From: Octopus sinensis
Taxonomy: Eukaryota
Length of the DNA: 64,000 nt
NCBI RefSeq assembly: GCF_006345805.1
Contig: NC_043001.1
Coordinates: 18,910,001-18,974,000 of the forward strand
Direction of reading: 5' to 3'
The notes beneath the pieces were generated by a model. It did no database searches. It was not told where the DNA came from and worked only from the letters and a program-made list of their open reading frames with translations. The position numbers were made by a program, and so were the translations under genes. Numbering within the stretch: position 1 is the first letter of the stretch; the number at the start of each line of letters is the position of its first letter. Positions 1 through 11,737 of the stretch are shown one piece after another.

Positions 1-161
1 TCTCTAAAAATGTATTACTAAATCTCAGAACGTAAAAAGCTACAGTAACACTCCCATTTGTGGTTAGCCATATTTAGATGGCTATTATACTTTACGTCTC
101 TAAAAATGCTTATAGAGTTATTTCCCTTACAAACCCGAGCAACGCCGGGGGATACTGCTAG
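1..161 (+). mobile_element. 3' end of non-autonomous Helitron (family H1)
   Basis: GC-rich hairpin CCCG-AGCAACGC-CGGG at 134-149, then terminal CTAG (158-161) followed by T; same end as the copies at 59644-60192 and 62953-63445. Confidence 0.8.
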
Positions 162-437
162 TATATATATATATATATAATGTTATTGATTAGTTGTTAT
201 TCATTTGCTTATAATACACCATAAGGATTAACGATACGTCGGATACCCTGGAGTTTACCAAACAACGTATGATCAACACAACATGAACTCTGGACCTGCT
301 CCTGGGCGTACGAGTGGTTTTATCTCTGTGCACTACCTGAATATCCTACTGTATATCTAATCGACCATAGGTGGTGACCACAGGCTTATCCAACCCTACC
401 TGGTGATATTCTTTTAAGTACCTTATTCTCTCAAAAT

Positions 438-496
<59 letters not shown>

Positions 497-1044
497 GAGT
501 GAGAGAGCAGTGCATGCCATCAAAGTGGCACTGGGGTAAAATATACGAAGCCCAATATACCCATCATGACTACCCGTCTGATAAGGGTACACCAGGCACA
601 TGCATCACAACCATATGTGCGCGACATGGTGATCTCATATCAAGATAAACAGCACATGACCTTGCAGGTGGGGCCCACTTAGAATTTTCTTCAGGTTGAG
701 TAGCCTCCCGCTCAAAAGGTCTCTGAATGGGTTGTTAAGGATGTTGAAAGAACCACCCATGTTTCCAGAGGTGAATTATTCAAACCCCAAAGAATCCCTC
801 TCAACACATGGCTATGATGCTCCCCCCCTACTCTGCTCGTGATCAGAGATGCACATATCGTCAGCCACTAAAGGACATGCTCAACTGGTTAAGGTCAAAC
901 AACTGACAAGCAAATCTGTGGTATTGAGCAGAATATTTGCTGTAGCCCATCTTTTATACCAAGACAAAACAATGTACATGATAACACTTCCAATCAGTTA
1001 AGATCAGAAGCCATGAGAGCCACTGCCTGGTACTGCATCAGGGC

Positions 1045-1047
<3 letters not shown>
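497..1047 (-). mobile_element. ~550-bp interspersed element embedded in (AAT)n, probably non-coding part or derivative of a microsatellite-targeting LINE
   Basis: Complex sequence flanked directly on both sides by (ATT)n; no ORF, no TIRs; strand and class are inferred. Confidence 0.45.
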
Positions 1048-1137
<90 letters not shown>

Positions 1138-1151
1138 CATCATCATTATTA

Positions 1152-1185
<34 letters not shown>

Positions 1186-1202
1186 CATTATCATCATTAT
1201 CA

Positions 1203-1292
<90 letters not shown>

Positions 1293-1296
1293 TATT
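1048..1296. repeat. (ATT/ATC)n microsatellite
   Basis: Direct trinucleotide repeat; further tracts at 441-496, 1387-1448 and 2482-2563. Confidence 0.98.
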
Positions 1297-1385
1297 CAGT
1301 AGTTTTATTTTTATAGCGTGCTTTCACTTCACTACCGAGCGCAGCTCTGTGTGCCTTGGGTATGTGCTGTGATTTGTTGTGATGC

Positions 1386-1386
<1 letters not shown>
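1297..1386 (-). mobile_element. Short 3'-terminal fragment of an (AAT)n-associated LINE
   Basis: 90-bp complex insert between (ATT)n tracts; minus strand ends AATAAAACTACTG then (AAT)n. Confidence 0.45.
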
Positions 1387-1445
<59 letters not shown>

Positions 1446-1448
1446 CAT

Positions 1449-1937
1449 TACCTCCGCCAAGGAAGGAGGTTATGTTTTCATCGGCATTGGTTTGTCAGTC
1501 TGTCCGTCTGTGTGCAAAATAACTCAAAAAGTTGTGAACGGTATTTGATGAAACTTGCAGGAAAGGTTGGCACTGACACAAGAAACAGATGATGAAATTT
1601 TGGTAGTGATCCAGGAATGTTTATGGATTCTTGAAGGATTTCTCATTTGTTATTTTTACTTTACATGAAGTATTACAATGTTACGTTCTTTGATTATCTC
1701 CCTTGAAAACACATTCATCGTTTCAACGTAACCTATGGTGGCGTTGCTGTTTCCAAAGTTTATTTTCGTTTCTCTATTAGTAAGTTTACTCGCGTTATGT
1801 GTGTATTAGTCAAGTTTTATGTAATTGTTGTTGAAACTAACTTGCTATTGTCATTGATGTATTATGACTGCTTCGGATGATTCTTGATTTTAAAGCTGCT
1901 TGGCGGAGGTCTGCGCTCTCCGAGTGCTTTCGTAGTT
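1449..1937 (+). mobile_element. Non-autonomous Helentron/HINE-type element
   Basis: Perfect 12-bp subterminal inverted repeats ACCTCCGCCAAG (1450-1461) and CTTGGCGGAGGT (1899-1910); 3' hairpin GCGCTC-TCC-GAGTGC (1913-1927); T-rich ends. Confidence 0.75.
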
Positions 1938-1951
1938 ATTATTATTATTAT

Positions 1952-2456
1952 AGACGTCGCACAGTATACAATATCGTGAGGTTGTTGATTGAAGATATTG
2001 TGTCTACCGGGGGTTTGTACTGTTTATCAAGTCACAACAAGGACCTCACACAGACATTACTTTACACAATATGTGTGCAGTTCCAAGAAATGCCGACTTT
2101 TGCAGTACATCTAGATTGTAGGGTATCTCTAAGGTTTTCAGATGTTTTTTGCAGATTGGGTGGTAACGAACTCAATGCTCCGACGACAATAGGGATAACC
2201 TTTATGTTTGACTCTCAAAGCTGCCACATCTTAGCGATCTCAATTCTCAGGTCTCCATATTCATCAACCTGTTCTCTTTCTTTCATGATGATATGTTGAT
2301 CTCCTGGCGCTGTCATATCAATTATTAGGTACTCTTGTTTGTCCCTCCTAAAAGTTACTATATCCGGCCTTCGGTGCTCCAACACCTTGTCTGTCAGGAA
2401 GTCAAAGTCCCAGAGGACTTTTGCCTTGCCCCTTTTCGTCCATCATCTTTTCTAGT
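1952..2456 (-). mobile_element. 5'-truncated R4/Dong-like non-LTR retrotransposon (restriction-like endonuclease C-terminus plus 3'UTR)
   Basis: Minus-strand translation with stops and frameshifts: KVLWDF..TDKVLEHRRPDIV...YLIIDMTAPGD...YGDLRIEIAKMW...KVIPIVVGAL...LQKSAFLGTAHIL; flanked by (AAT)n on both sides. Confidence 0.85.
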
Positions 2457-2478
2457 GTTGTTGTTTTTGTTGTTGTTG

Positions 2479-2551
<73 letters not shown>

Positions 2552-2703
2552 CATCATTATTATTACAGCCAACGATTCTAGTCAACGCACATGACAGCCA
2601 TTATGTTCCAACACAAAAAAACACTACCACTTGAACTCTGTCGAGACTAGTAATAAATAATTATGAACTTTTCTTTTATTACACTTAACTTTTAAAAATA
2701 TAT

Positions 2704-2751
2704 ATTTTTGATAAGGTTCGTTTTTTCAAGAAGAACCGAAACATATAAAAT
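2704..2751 (+). ncRNA. Possible degenerate hammerhead motif (U3:A8 core)
   Basis: ATTT-TTGATAA-GGTTC..GAACC-GAAA-CATA-TA-AAAT; stem II perfect 5 bp, stem III has one mismatch, AT-rich context. Confidence 0.3.
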
Positions 2752-2817
2752 CTCTCAGAAAATTAAAATTTATCTTATATAGTGCCGTTTTCAAACTTCT
2801 TTTTTTATAAATATACG

Positions 2818-2873
<56 letters not shown>

Positions 2874-3011
2874 TATATATATGTATGTATGTATAATAAT
2901 ACTAATAATTATTATTATTATTTGAGGGAATATAAATCCAAACTTACAGGGAAAAAAATCAATTTAGAAATTTTCATTTTGAATTGATAAAAGGTGTTTT
3001 ATTTCTAATTT

Positions 3012-3042
<31 letters not shown>

Positions 3043-3944
3043 TTATGTATGTATGTATGTACACACGCATATACATATATGTATATATCTATTTGAGTAT
3101 ATATGCGTGCGTATAAGTGTGTGTATGTTGTTATGTACAGGTGCAAGCTCATAACGAGCGCAGATACACACATAATTGTATTGAGGAAGACATTTTCGTA
3201 AAAAGACCTTCAAATCTTATTTCAATTGATTTCGACAGGTTCTAGGAATAACTGCAGAGTTACAGCTGAGTTCAAGATTGTCATCTGCATATTTTAATAC
3301 AAACATGCTGTTCTGAGACTCGTTGCTTGTTGATATTTCATTCTCTCAATCTTTGTAAGCACAACTTGCTGTAACTCTCAGAAGCCACTTAGTTGATTTC
3401 ACTTGTTTTTCTTGAGTGGAATTACAATTTATTTTTCAAGCGAAAAATGTTAGCAAACTATATTAACAATACAGATTTATATACATATTTACAAATATAC
3501 ATAATCCATATTTATGACTGTCTATATACACATGTGTGTGAGTGAGTGAGTGTTTATACATTTAATACATATAAATAGATGGATTGACAAACAGACAGAC
3601 AGACGCGTGAACAGATCTACATAAATTGTTATTTTCGCTCGCTATTATCTAACTCGCTATTACAATCACTTTCAACTTTCTCATTGTAACTAAACTTTCC
3701 AGACACTCAAACATACCGCATACACATGTATGTATACACTACGTCCCATATTATTAAGCAAATCAACCTTCTTTCAATAAAAAAATGTATATTCATTCAA
3801 AACCAGTTGTTTTCCCACTGACTGTTGGCAACATCTATCTGCGCACATTCTGTTAAAATTTATCGGATATGCGCAGACATTTTGTCAGAATAAACATTTA
3901 TTTAATTCAACATTAAACGTTTGATAAAAAAACTATTCATAAAG

Positions 3945-4135
3945 GAAGGTGTTTGTAAGCCATTTAAGAAACACACAAAAGCCGTTCGATTCACTTCAAC
4001 ATTTAAGTTTAATTTGTCAAAATATTTTCGTCGCTAAAATCCGCGACCTGTTCACTGACAAAAATCCGTGCTGCATTTAAACTTAAATGTTGAAGTGAAT
4101 CGAACGGCTTTTGGGTATTCATAAAGGGCTTAATG
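3945..4135 (-). mobile_element. Penelope-like fold-back fragment inserted into the Tc1 3' region
   Basis: Perfect 37-bp inverted arms 3976-4012 and 4077-4113 enclosing a hammerhead-like motif. Confidence 0.6.
4013..4062 (-). ncRNA. Minimal type I hammerhead ribozyme variant (G3:C8)
   Basis: Minus strand: TTTGTCA-GTGAACA-G-GTCGC(GGATTTTA)GCGAC-GAAA-ATAT-TT-TGACAAA; 7-bp stem I, 5-bp stem II, palindromic stem III AATATT. Confidence 0.65.
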
Positions 4136-4401
4136 GTAAACATAATAATACGTTCGAATGAAAATAATCATGGCATTGTGATGTCATACAGCACCTAATG
4201 TCTGATGTATGATCCTCCACATGCAATAACCTTTCTTACGCGCTGATCCATTGAATCTGTCGAGGTGATGATATCCTCTTGTGTCATGCTTTGAGCAGCA
4301 TCTACAATAACATCCCAGGAGCAATTTTACTTGAAAACTGTCGTCCATCTTGGTAAATGCGCCTTTTCAGGACACTCTCGATCGGTTTTAAGTCAGCGGA
4401 A

Positions 4402-4935
4402 CGACCTCCATAGAATCCTATTTGCTGCAGGTATTCCTTAGAATTCTTCGCTGCATGAGACAGGTCAGCCCCCAAAATGACCCCTCCTCTGCCTTGTTGG
4501 CGTCTTAAACTATGAGGACGGTTCCCTCTGATTGATACCCAATCTTCATTCCAGCCATCAGTGGAACAAGGTGTCCACTCCATTAAACGACCTCCAGAGA
4601 AGCCTATTTTCTGCGGGTATTCCTTAGAATTATTGGATGCATGAGACGGTTCAGCCCCCAAAATGACTCCTCCTCTGCCCTGTTAGCGTCTCAAACTATG
4701 AGGACGGTTCCCTCTGATTGATCCCCAATCTTTACTCTAGCCATCAGTGGAACAAGGTGGCCACTCCATCAACCGACCTCCAGAGAAGCCTATTTGCTGC
4801 AGGTATTCCCTAGAATTCATCGCTGCATGGGACGGGTCAGCCCCCAAAATGACCCCTCCTCTCCCCCGCTGGCGTATCAAAACTATGAGGACGGTTCCCT
4901 CTGATTGATACCCAATCTTCACTCCAGCCATCTGG
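4402..4935. repeat. ~3 x 186-bp tandem repeat inside the transposase relic
   Basis: CGACCTCCA anchor at 4402, 4588 and 4774. Confidence 0.9.
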
Positions 4936-5315
4936 TCCGTCAAGGGTAACACTGCATTCGTCAGTGAATAGAACTGTTGATAAATCTATCTCCAAGTATT
5001 CTTCTGCCAATTTCAGTCTCTTCTGCTTATGAATAGCCTTCAGAGAGGGCCTTGTAACGAGTTTAACATTCTTGGCTACCTGCTTCAAGAGGCGACACCT
5101 GGTGGTTTTCGATACGTTTTCCCTGCCACAACGTTTGAAGCCTTCTCCACTTGTCAGACATGGATTCTGCACAACTTCTCTTTTCACATGTGACAAAGTA
5201 CGGTTCAAAGCAACCCTCGACTTACCCTTATCTGCCCTCGGCCGAACAGAAATAGGAGACTGCACAAATTTCTTCACTGTTAGGTGATCTCTTCCCAGTA
5301 TTTTTGATATTTCTA

Positions 5316-5611
5316 CGGTTGGAGTAAAGGTTGTTTGCCAACATAACATGGCAGTTCTGCTTTAGGACGAATGTTGCTGTAATTTAGCCCCAGGCGACAT
5401 CGTCTCCAGCTAGCTATACGACACGATCTGTGTCCTTACATTTTTCGAACAAGGGAATCTAGCACCCCCACTCAGCTCAAAACAATATCTGTGTATCGCG
5501 ATCGTGTCGTATAGCCAGCTGGTGATGATGTCTCCATGGGCTAAATTACTGCAAAATTCGTCCTAAACCAGGACTGCCATGTTATGTTGGCAAACAACCT
5601 TTACTCCAAAG
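5316..5611. mobile_element. Tc1/mariner-type MITE with ~110-bp TIRs
   Basis: Inverted arms ~5316-5430 and ~5500-5611; TA duplication at 5314-15 and 5612-13; removing it restores codons A-T-V-E-I of the transposase. Confidence 0.9.
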
Positions 5612-5962
5612 TACTGTTGCTGAAATTCTCACGTTGTGAGATTTAAAAAATAGTAATTTTCTAATTCCTACGGTTGTTCTTCCTTTTCCAAGCTCTGACA
5701 CAATGGTACCTCATTCGAGGTAAGATCAAGTTTCTGACCCATAATGACACTTAAATTGGACACCTGCTTAATAATTTGGGACAGCAGAAATTTTGCTGTT
5801 ACACGATAATAGCCGCCGATTCTTTGGGTCTGCGCAGATCCAATTTATTTTAACATAATGTGCGCAGATAGGTGTTGCCAACATTCAGTGGGAAAACAGC
5901 CGGTTTTGAACACATTTATTTACTGAGAGAAGGTTTGATTTGCCTAATAATGTGGAATGCAG

Positions 5963-6002
<40 letters not shown>

Positions 6003-6129
6003 AAATGTGTGTGTGTGTGTGGTGTGTGTGTGTATGTGCGTATGTGTGTGTGTACGTATGCATGTATGTATATATATATGTACGTACATGCAGACACATA
6101 CGTATATGTTATATATGTATATATATATA

Positions 6130-6290
6130 TTTCGTTTTTGTAATTGGTTCGCAAGATACTCGCTGTGAATTCATGTGTTGAAATAAATCTTATTGTGTCT
6201 TGGGAAGGCTAATAATAATAAAGCAACAGAAATATAACAAAAGATGTCACTCAGAGTTTCACGTTCCCGTTCTTCGGACAGTTTTATACA
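6130..6290 (-). mobile_element. Penelope-like terminal-repeat fragment with degenerate hammerhead at 6245-6280
   Basis: Minus strand TGT-CCGAAGA-ACG(GGAA)CGT-GAAA-CTCTGAG-TG-ACA; flanked by TA/CA microsatellites. Confidence 0.5.
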
Positions 6291-6319
6291 CACACACATA
6301 AAATACATATACATGTCTC

Positions 6320-6425
6320 CATTTTTTCTCTTATTCCTCTCCGTCGAAGAGCGTAGACTCGAAGCGTAAAACGCTTTTCCATTTTTCCCGAGTGTTAAAC
6401 TAATACACCTGCTTGTTGTTCTTAC
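6320..6425 (+). mobile_element. Penelope-like fragment, same family as 26255-26405
   Basis: Shares GTCGAAGAGCGTAG.CTC..CGTAAAA and the TAATAC segment with the reverse complement of 26255-26405. Confidence 0.5.
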
Positions 6426-6447
6426 GTTTTTTTTTGCAAATCTGAAC

Positions 6448-6511
<64 letters not shown>

Positions 6512-8773
6512 ATGTATGTATGTATGTGTGTGTGTGTGTGTGGGTGTGTGTGTATATATATATATATGTTTGTGTGTGTGCGCGCATAGTACTTCTATAT
6601 GTATTTGCATTATATCTTTACACTTCTGTTTTGACCCTTAATGTCAATTTTAAATTTGAGTGCCATCATTATAATCATTATAATTAATTATTGCCAGTTT
6701 CCATTAGTTTAATTAACCACAAAAAAACGTTAGCGAAGATTAATTATAAACGGATATTATTTTTTTTTCTAACAGGTATTTTAATCAATGGTGCAATAAT
6801 AATTATTCAAATCATGCTACGCAGTAACTCTGACAAGACATTTTTCTAATTTCAAACTGTCGTCTTTTCTTGGTTTCGTTTTATGTTTTAGGTCTGACTG
6901 AACTGAATAACATATAGTCAAAAGTATCCAAGCTATGAATGATGTATAGGTATATTTTTTTTTCTCACAATCACACTATATTACCAATATACTATTCACT
7001 TACTGAAAGACGGTAAGGTGCACTTAAAGAGAGAGAAAGCGAGAATAGAGAGAGAAAGGGAAAGAAAGATGGGGTGGGAAAAAGGTTAGTTATTTCTAAG
7101 CGATTCGATCAGCACGTAGAAGCTCTGTCATTAGCCTATGTCATTGCCTGCACAATTCTTATGTAGAATTTAAATTAGCAAGTAATGAGATGTTATACTA
7201 GTTATCAGGAATGTATAAAATAATTCTATATCTATACCGCCAGTAGCTTTAATATCTCTCAAAGTCAGCTACTTGTGAAATCGTTGATAGTCATTAACTA
7301 ACGATGCCCACAGGTCAACCCTAACACAGACAGGCGACAAAATAATAATGATATCCGTTCTAAACTGTATTAACATTTTGATCTTTTCGATCGGCTTTCT
7401 CTCACCGGTGTGTTATTTTGTGTGATATAAAATAAATAAAACGATAGGTATAGATAAAGAATCGATACGATAGAACATTAGCTAAATAGAATTAAAATGG
7501 CCTGCGCATAGATAGGAAACTTAGAAGAGACAATATCCAACAGACCGTGTCAGGCGTCTCGAAAGAAAATTAACTGGAAAAGACGATCCAAGCAGTAAAG
7601 CTAGTGTGACACGACTTACAATAGCAAGTCTTTAAAGTTCTTTATTGATTATTTTTGTCGGCGTGAAAATTTCTACATTCAAATGCTGGTCATGTTTTCT
7701 CTCTTTTTCTCTAGTGGTGTATACGTAAATATTTACGGAATTATGAGAAGACTTAAACAGGATCTTCCCCCCCTTAAGGTTCTTGAAAATCTCTATAGTA
7801 ATGATTATTTTATTTTGCTCCTGACGGCTTTCTGTGTTATCTGATATATGCGTGTTATGTGTTAAACTTCGGAATCAGCATACAAATTGTCAGGATATAA
7901 TTTTTCTGATCTTGTTTTGCTTTCATACAAACGACATTTAAGTTTGGTAGGAGAATGGTAGAAACAGCAGCGCATTATATGCCATAATGTCTTGCGTTAT
8001 AGAGCTACATGTGTCGAGTTCAATTTCACTGAAGTCAAATTTACTTTCCATCTTTTCAGGGCTCGATAAAATAAAGTACCAATTGAATACTAAGATCGAT
8101 GGCATCAGATAATACCCTCTCTTCAAATGTACAGGCATTGTGCGTAAATCAGAAACCGTTATTCTCATTGTTGTTGTTATTGCTGCTGATTCTGTTGTTT
8201 TTTCATATTGCTTTGCGTTGAATAGATTTCGGCACTGGATAAAATTTAATTACCTTTTACTCTGTGTGAATAGTTTTGCTACCAAAGCGTTTTGAGTGAT
8301 TTAGATGTCTACTCCGTTAGCTTGTGGTGGAAAAATAGGTTTAGTCAATTGAGATACGATGTAAATATTAATAAGGTTTTCTCTTCCAGAGCGGAAGTGA
8401 TGCTTGTTACAAACCTGTTAAGATTGGATATGGACCAGAAAATTTCAGGAAAAAATATAAATTGCGTAAATTTCGTTATTAAAAATGCAGATTAGAAAAA
8501 TAAAACAAATAGAATAAAATGAGAATAGCTGAACAAGTAGGCAACTGTGAAAACTGAAACAAATATAAATGTAAAAGGTAATGGTAACTTTAATAAGAGA
8601 AGCAAGTTTTGCAAATTTAACAAGGCAGAGAGAAACACTAAACATATATCAGAAGAAAAACAAGAGAAAGAAGACTGACTAAACAAATATGAAATATAAC
8701 TAAACGGTGCCTTCTTGTTGAACAAAGGACCAGAAGGAAAGCGACGTAGCTGTTTTACAAAGCGTAGGTTTCT

Positions 8774-9367
8774 TATTTCTTTATTGCCCACAAGGGGATA
8801 AACATAGAGGGGAAAAACAAGGACAGACAAAGTCGATTACATCGATCCCAGTGCGTAACTGGTATTTAATTTGTCAACCCCGAAAGGATGAAAGGCAAAG
8901 TCGACCTTGGCGGAATTTGAACTCAGAACGTAAAGATAGATGAAATACCTATTTCTTTACTACCCCCAAGGGGCTAAACACAGAGGGGACAAACAAGGAC
9001 AGACAAACGGATTAAGTCGATTACATCGACCCCAGTGCGTAACTGGTACTTATTTAATCGACCCCGAAAGGATGAAAGGCAAAGTCGACCTCGGCGGAAT
9101 TTGAACTCAGAACGTAGCGACAGACGACATACCTATTTCTTTACTACCCACAAGGGGCTAAACACAGAGAGGACAAAGAAGGACAGACAAACGGATTAAG
9201 TCAATTACATCGACCCCAGTGCGTAACTGGTACTTATTTAATCGACCCCGAAAGGATGAAAGGCAAAGTCGACCTCGGCGGAATTTGAACTCAGAACGTA
9301 ACGGCAGACAAAATACCGCTTAAGCATTTCGCCCGGCGTGCTAACGTTTCTGCCAGCTCGCCACCTT
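8774..9367 (-). mobile_element. SINE family A (tRNA-derived), head plus three 184-bp units
   Basis: A-box-like GGCGAGCTGGCAGAA, B-box GAGTTCAAATTCC; anchors at 8913, 9097, 9281; ~17-bp TSD ACAAAGCRTAGGTTTCT. Confidence 0.9.
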
Positions 9368-9399
9368 ACAAAGCATAGGTTTCTATACACCTTCAAGGG

Positions 9400-10330
9400 A
9401 GCACAGCCGGAGGACGCTTTCGGTGAGAAGAAGCCTTGGTCGATGAATTTGTTCGAGTAAAGGAAAGAGCAATTCCATTGGTTCTTGATGAGATATGTTC
9501 TGTATACGAGTTACTAGTCCCACCACATGATACTCTTCATCTGTTTCTAATAAGTCGTAGCGCCTCTCATCAGAAATTGAAGAAATGGTCAGGTCGGTCG
9601 TAGAGATGCTGCTAGACTAATCTTTAGTATTTCTTTGTTTTTCAATCGGGCTCAAACATTTATCCTTACTAAATTCCTTTACTTTATCCTTTCAGAATAT
9701 CATAACTTGGTTAGAGCCCTTCTCCATATTATTGATATTTTTCAGATTATCAACGAAGCATCTGTGTACTAGGCAGGTTTTTCTGTTTTCTGAGGGCAGA
9801 CCACATGTCCTTCAGATTTTTTCCCCAAAATTTTGATGGAATGACTGAAAGTATAAACGGCATTACATCCTTCGAATATTTGTGTACGATACTGTATTCT
9901 ATCAAAAGCAATACTGCTACTTCCTTTATATACTTTCAGCAGGTGTCCTAAGGCAAAACCAGGTTGTCTGTGACGTGACCCTCTGACGTGACCTGCTGTA
10001 GCATCCGCGTAGAAGACTCTTGGATATTTTATTGCCATACTGCCAGAGAGTAAACCTACGCACTGATGACATCACAGTTTTATTGATTAAATCTTGCTCA
10101 ATACATTCCAAAAATGCTTCCATTTCAGGTGTTTGGTCAGCTGTGATGATATCGTTACTATTCGGGAGAATAAATTCAGACATTTCATACTGCCAGTTTT
10201 TCACCACGTGAGTAGATTTATTTTTATTGTTATCAGATTTGTTATTTGCCAATGCCAACCATCTTAATATCTCTATATCTCCATCGAGAGCTTGTTGGCA
10301 AAGATCAATTAGATAACCCCAGTAGAAGGT
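9400..10330 (-). mobile_element. Decayed coding-like segment of unknown identity, partly shared with the RLE LINE copy at 10786-11505
   Basis: 9940-10120 is homologous to 11290-11500 (GSRHRQPGF.LGHLLK.YKG); remainder not recognised. Confidence 0.4.
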
Positions 10331-10785
10331 CATTTTATGTATACTTATGTACATATATTTATGTATGCATGCATGTAGGCATGCATTTATGTATGTACGT
10401 ATGTATGTAAAGATGGGTGTTTTTATGTATGCATGTTTTCTCTTATTTTCACTTTATTGAAGTCTTCTTATAAGGAAGGAGCTGGTCTCTAACAAAGATA
10501 TAAAGTTCCCTCGTTGAAATATAACAAAAGCAACGTCACATTTTGAACGTATTGCACATTTTTGCTTACAAATCGTATTTGTAGTGTGCGGGTTAACTGG
10601 CCGATAACATTTTCTGAAACCCTCGACATTTACACATTGTCATTTAGACATGTATGTATGTATGTATGTATGTATGTATGTATGTATGTATGTATGTATG
10701 TATGTATGTATGTATGTGTGTATGTATGTATGTATGTATATATGTATGTATGTTTGTAATGTATGTATGTATGTACGTATATATA

Positions 10786-11505
10786 TCATTATTCAGTTTA
10801 TTTCAAGATTTCTTGCCAATAAAGACAGAACCGGTTTCTAACCTATATCCAAGATTCCTTCATTGGAATTTCAACATCAACAACAGGGTATTTTGTATGT
10901 ATGTATGTATGTATGTATGTATGTATGTATGTATGTATGTATGTATGTATGTATGTATGTATATGTACAGATTTGTATGTTTTGCTTTATGTATGTATTC
11001 TCATGCGTATAGTTACATATCTAGACATGCTCATATATATTTAAATGATAAACTTCTGGTAAGATTTACAAATTTACAGTTCCAGTGATGGATTGGATCT
11101 GTAGTCTCCGAACTAGCTTTCTCCTTTTTGGTTTTGAGAAGCCTAATTTCTCAAGATTGGTATTTAGGCAGTGTGTTATATATCCCAGGGCCCCAATAAT
11201 TACAGGTAAAATCCTAAACTTGCAATCTGGACAGAGTAACTGCAGATTTCTCAATGGTTCAGCATAGGTGTTCTCTTTTTCCCTTCCTTTATATTCTTTC
11301 AGCAGGTGACCCAAAGGAAAACCAGGTTGTCTGTGACGTGACCCTGGTTTGATCTCTGGTGTAGCACCCATGTAGAAGAAACTGGATATTTTATTGCAAT
11401 ACTGCCAGAATGTAACCAAATGTTAATGAAGTATCTCCTATACCTACGCACTTATGACCTCAGAGTTTTAAAAAAAATCTTGCTCAATACATTCCCAAAA
11501 TGCCT
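10786..11505 (-). mobile_element. Internally deleted RLE-type LINE with (TACA)n tail
   Basis: ORF 11066-11419 ends EKENTYAEPLRNLQLL..FRILPVIIGALGY..LEKLGF..LQIQSITGTV, resembling R4/NeSL-type endonuclease C-termini; 3'UTR runs into (TACA)n. Confidence 0.75.
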
Positions 11506-11584
11506 TTTACATGTATTTATGTATGTATGTATGTTTACATATATTCATACACATGCAATACATAAGAACATGCACACACAGAGC

Positions 11585-11644
<60 letters not shown>

Positions 11645-11645
11645 A

Positions 11646-11737
<92 letters not shown>

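Larger units (their letters stand above)
4195..5690 (-). pseudogene. Tc1-type DDE transposase pseudogene
   Basis: Motifs EISKILGRDH, VLFTDE..LDGPDGW, WPPCS, DLKPIE and C-terminal SMDQRVRKVIACGGSYIRH*; internal deletion, triplication and MITE insertion. Confidence 0.85.
3737..5964 (-). mobile_element. Tc1-family DNA transposon with ~150-bp imperfect TIRs, disrupted by nested insertions
   Basis: TA-flanked ends; 3737-3890 is the inverted complement of ~5815-5964; transposase relic inside. Confidence 0.85.

Noticed and set aside
7695-7780. Strong polypyrimidine tract and AG; similar sites near 42520-42631 and 62016
   Set aside because: No consistent reading frame or homology; RNA-seq would be needed
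8390-8465. Possible exon (TTTTCTCTTCCAG acceptor, GTAAAT donor) with a CGGAAGTG ETS-like motif
   Set aside because: No recognisable protein and no partner exons; such signals are common by chance
4402-9367. Similar periods of 186 bp (Tc1 triplication) and 184 bp (SINE A)
   Set aside because: The sequences are unrelated; treated as coincidence
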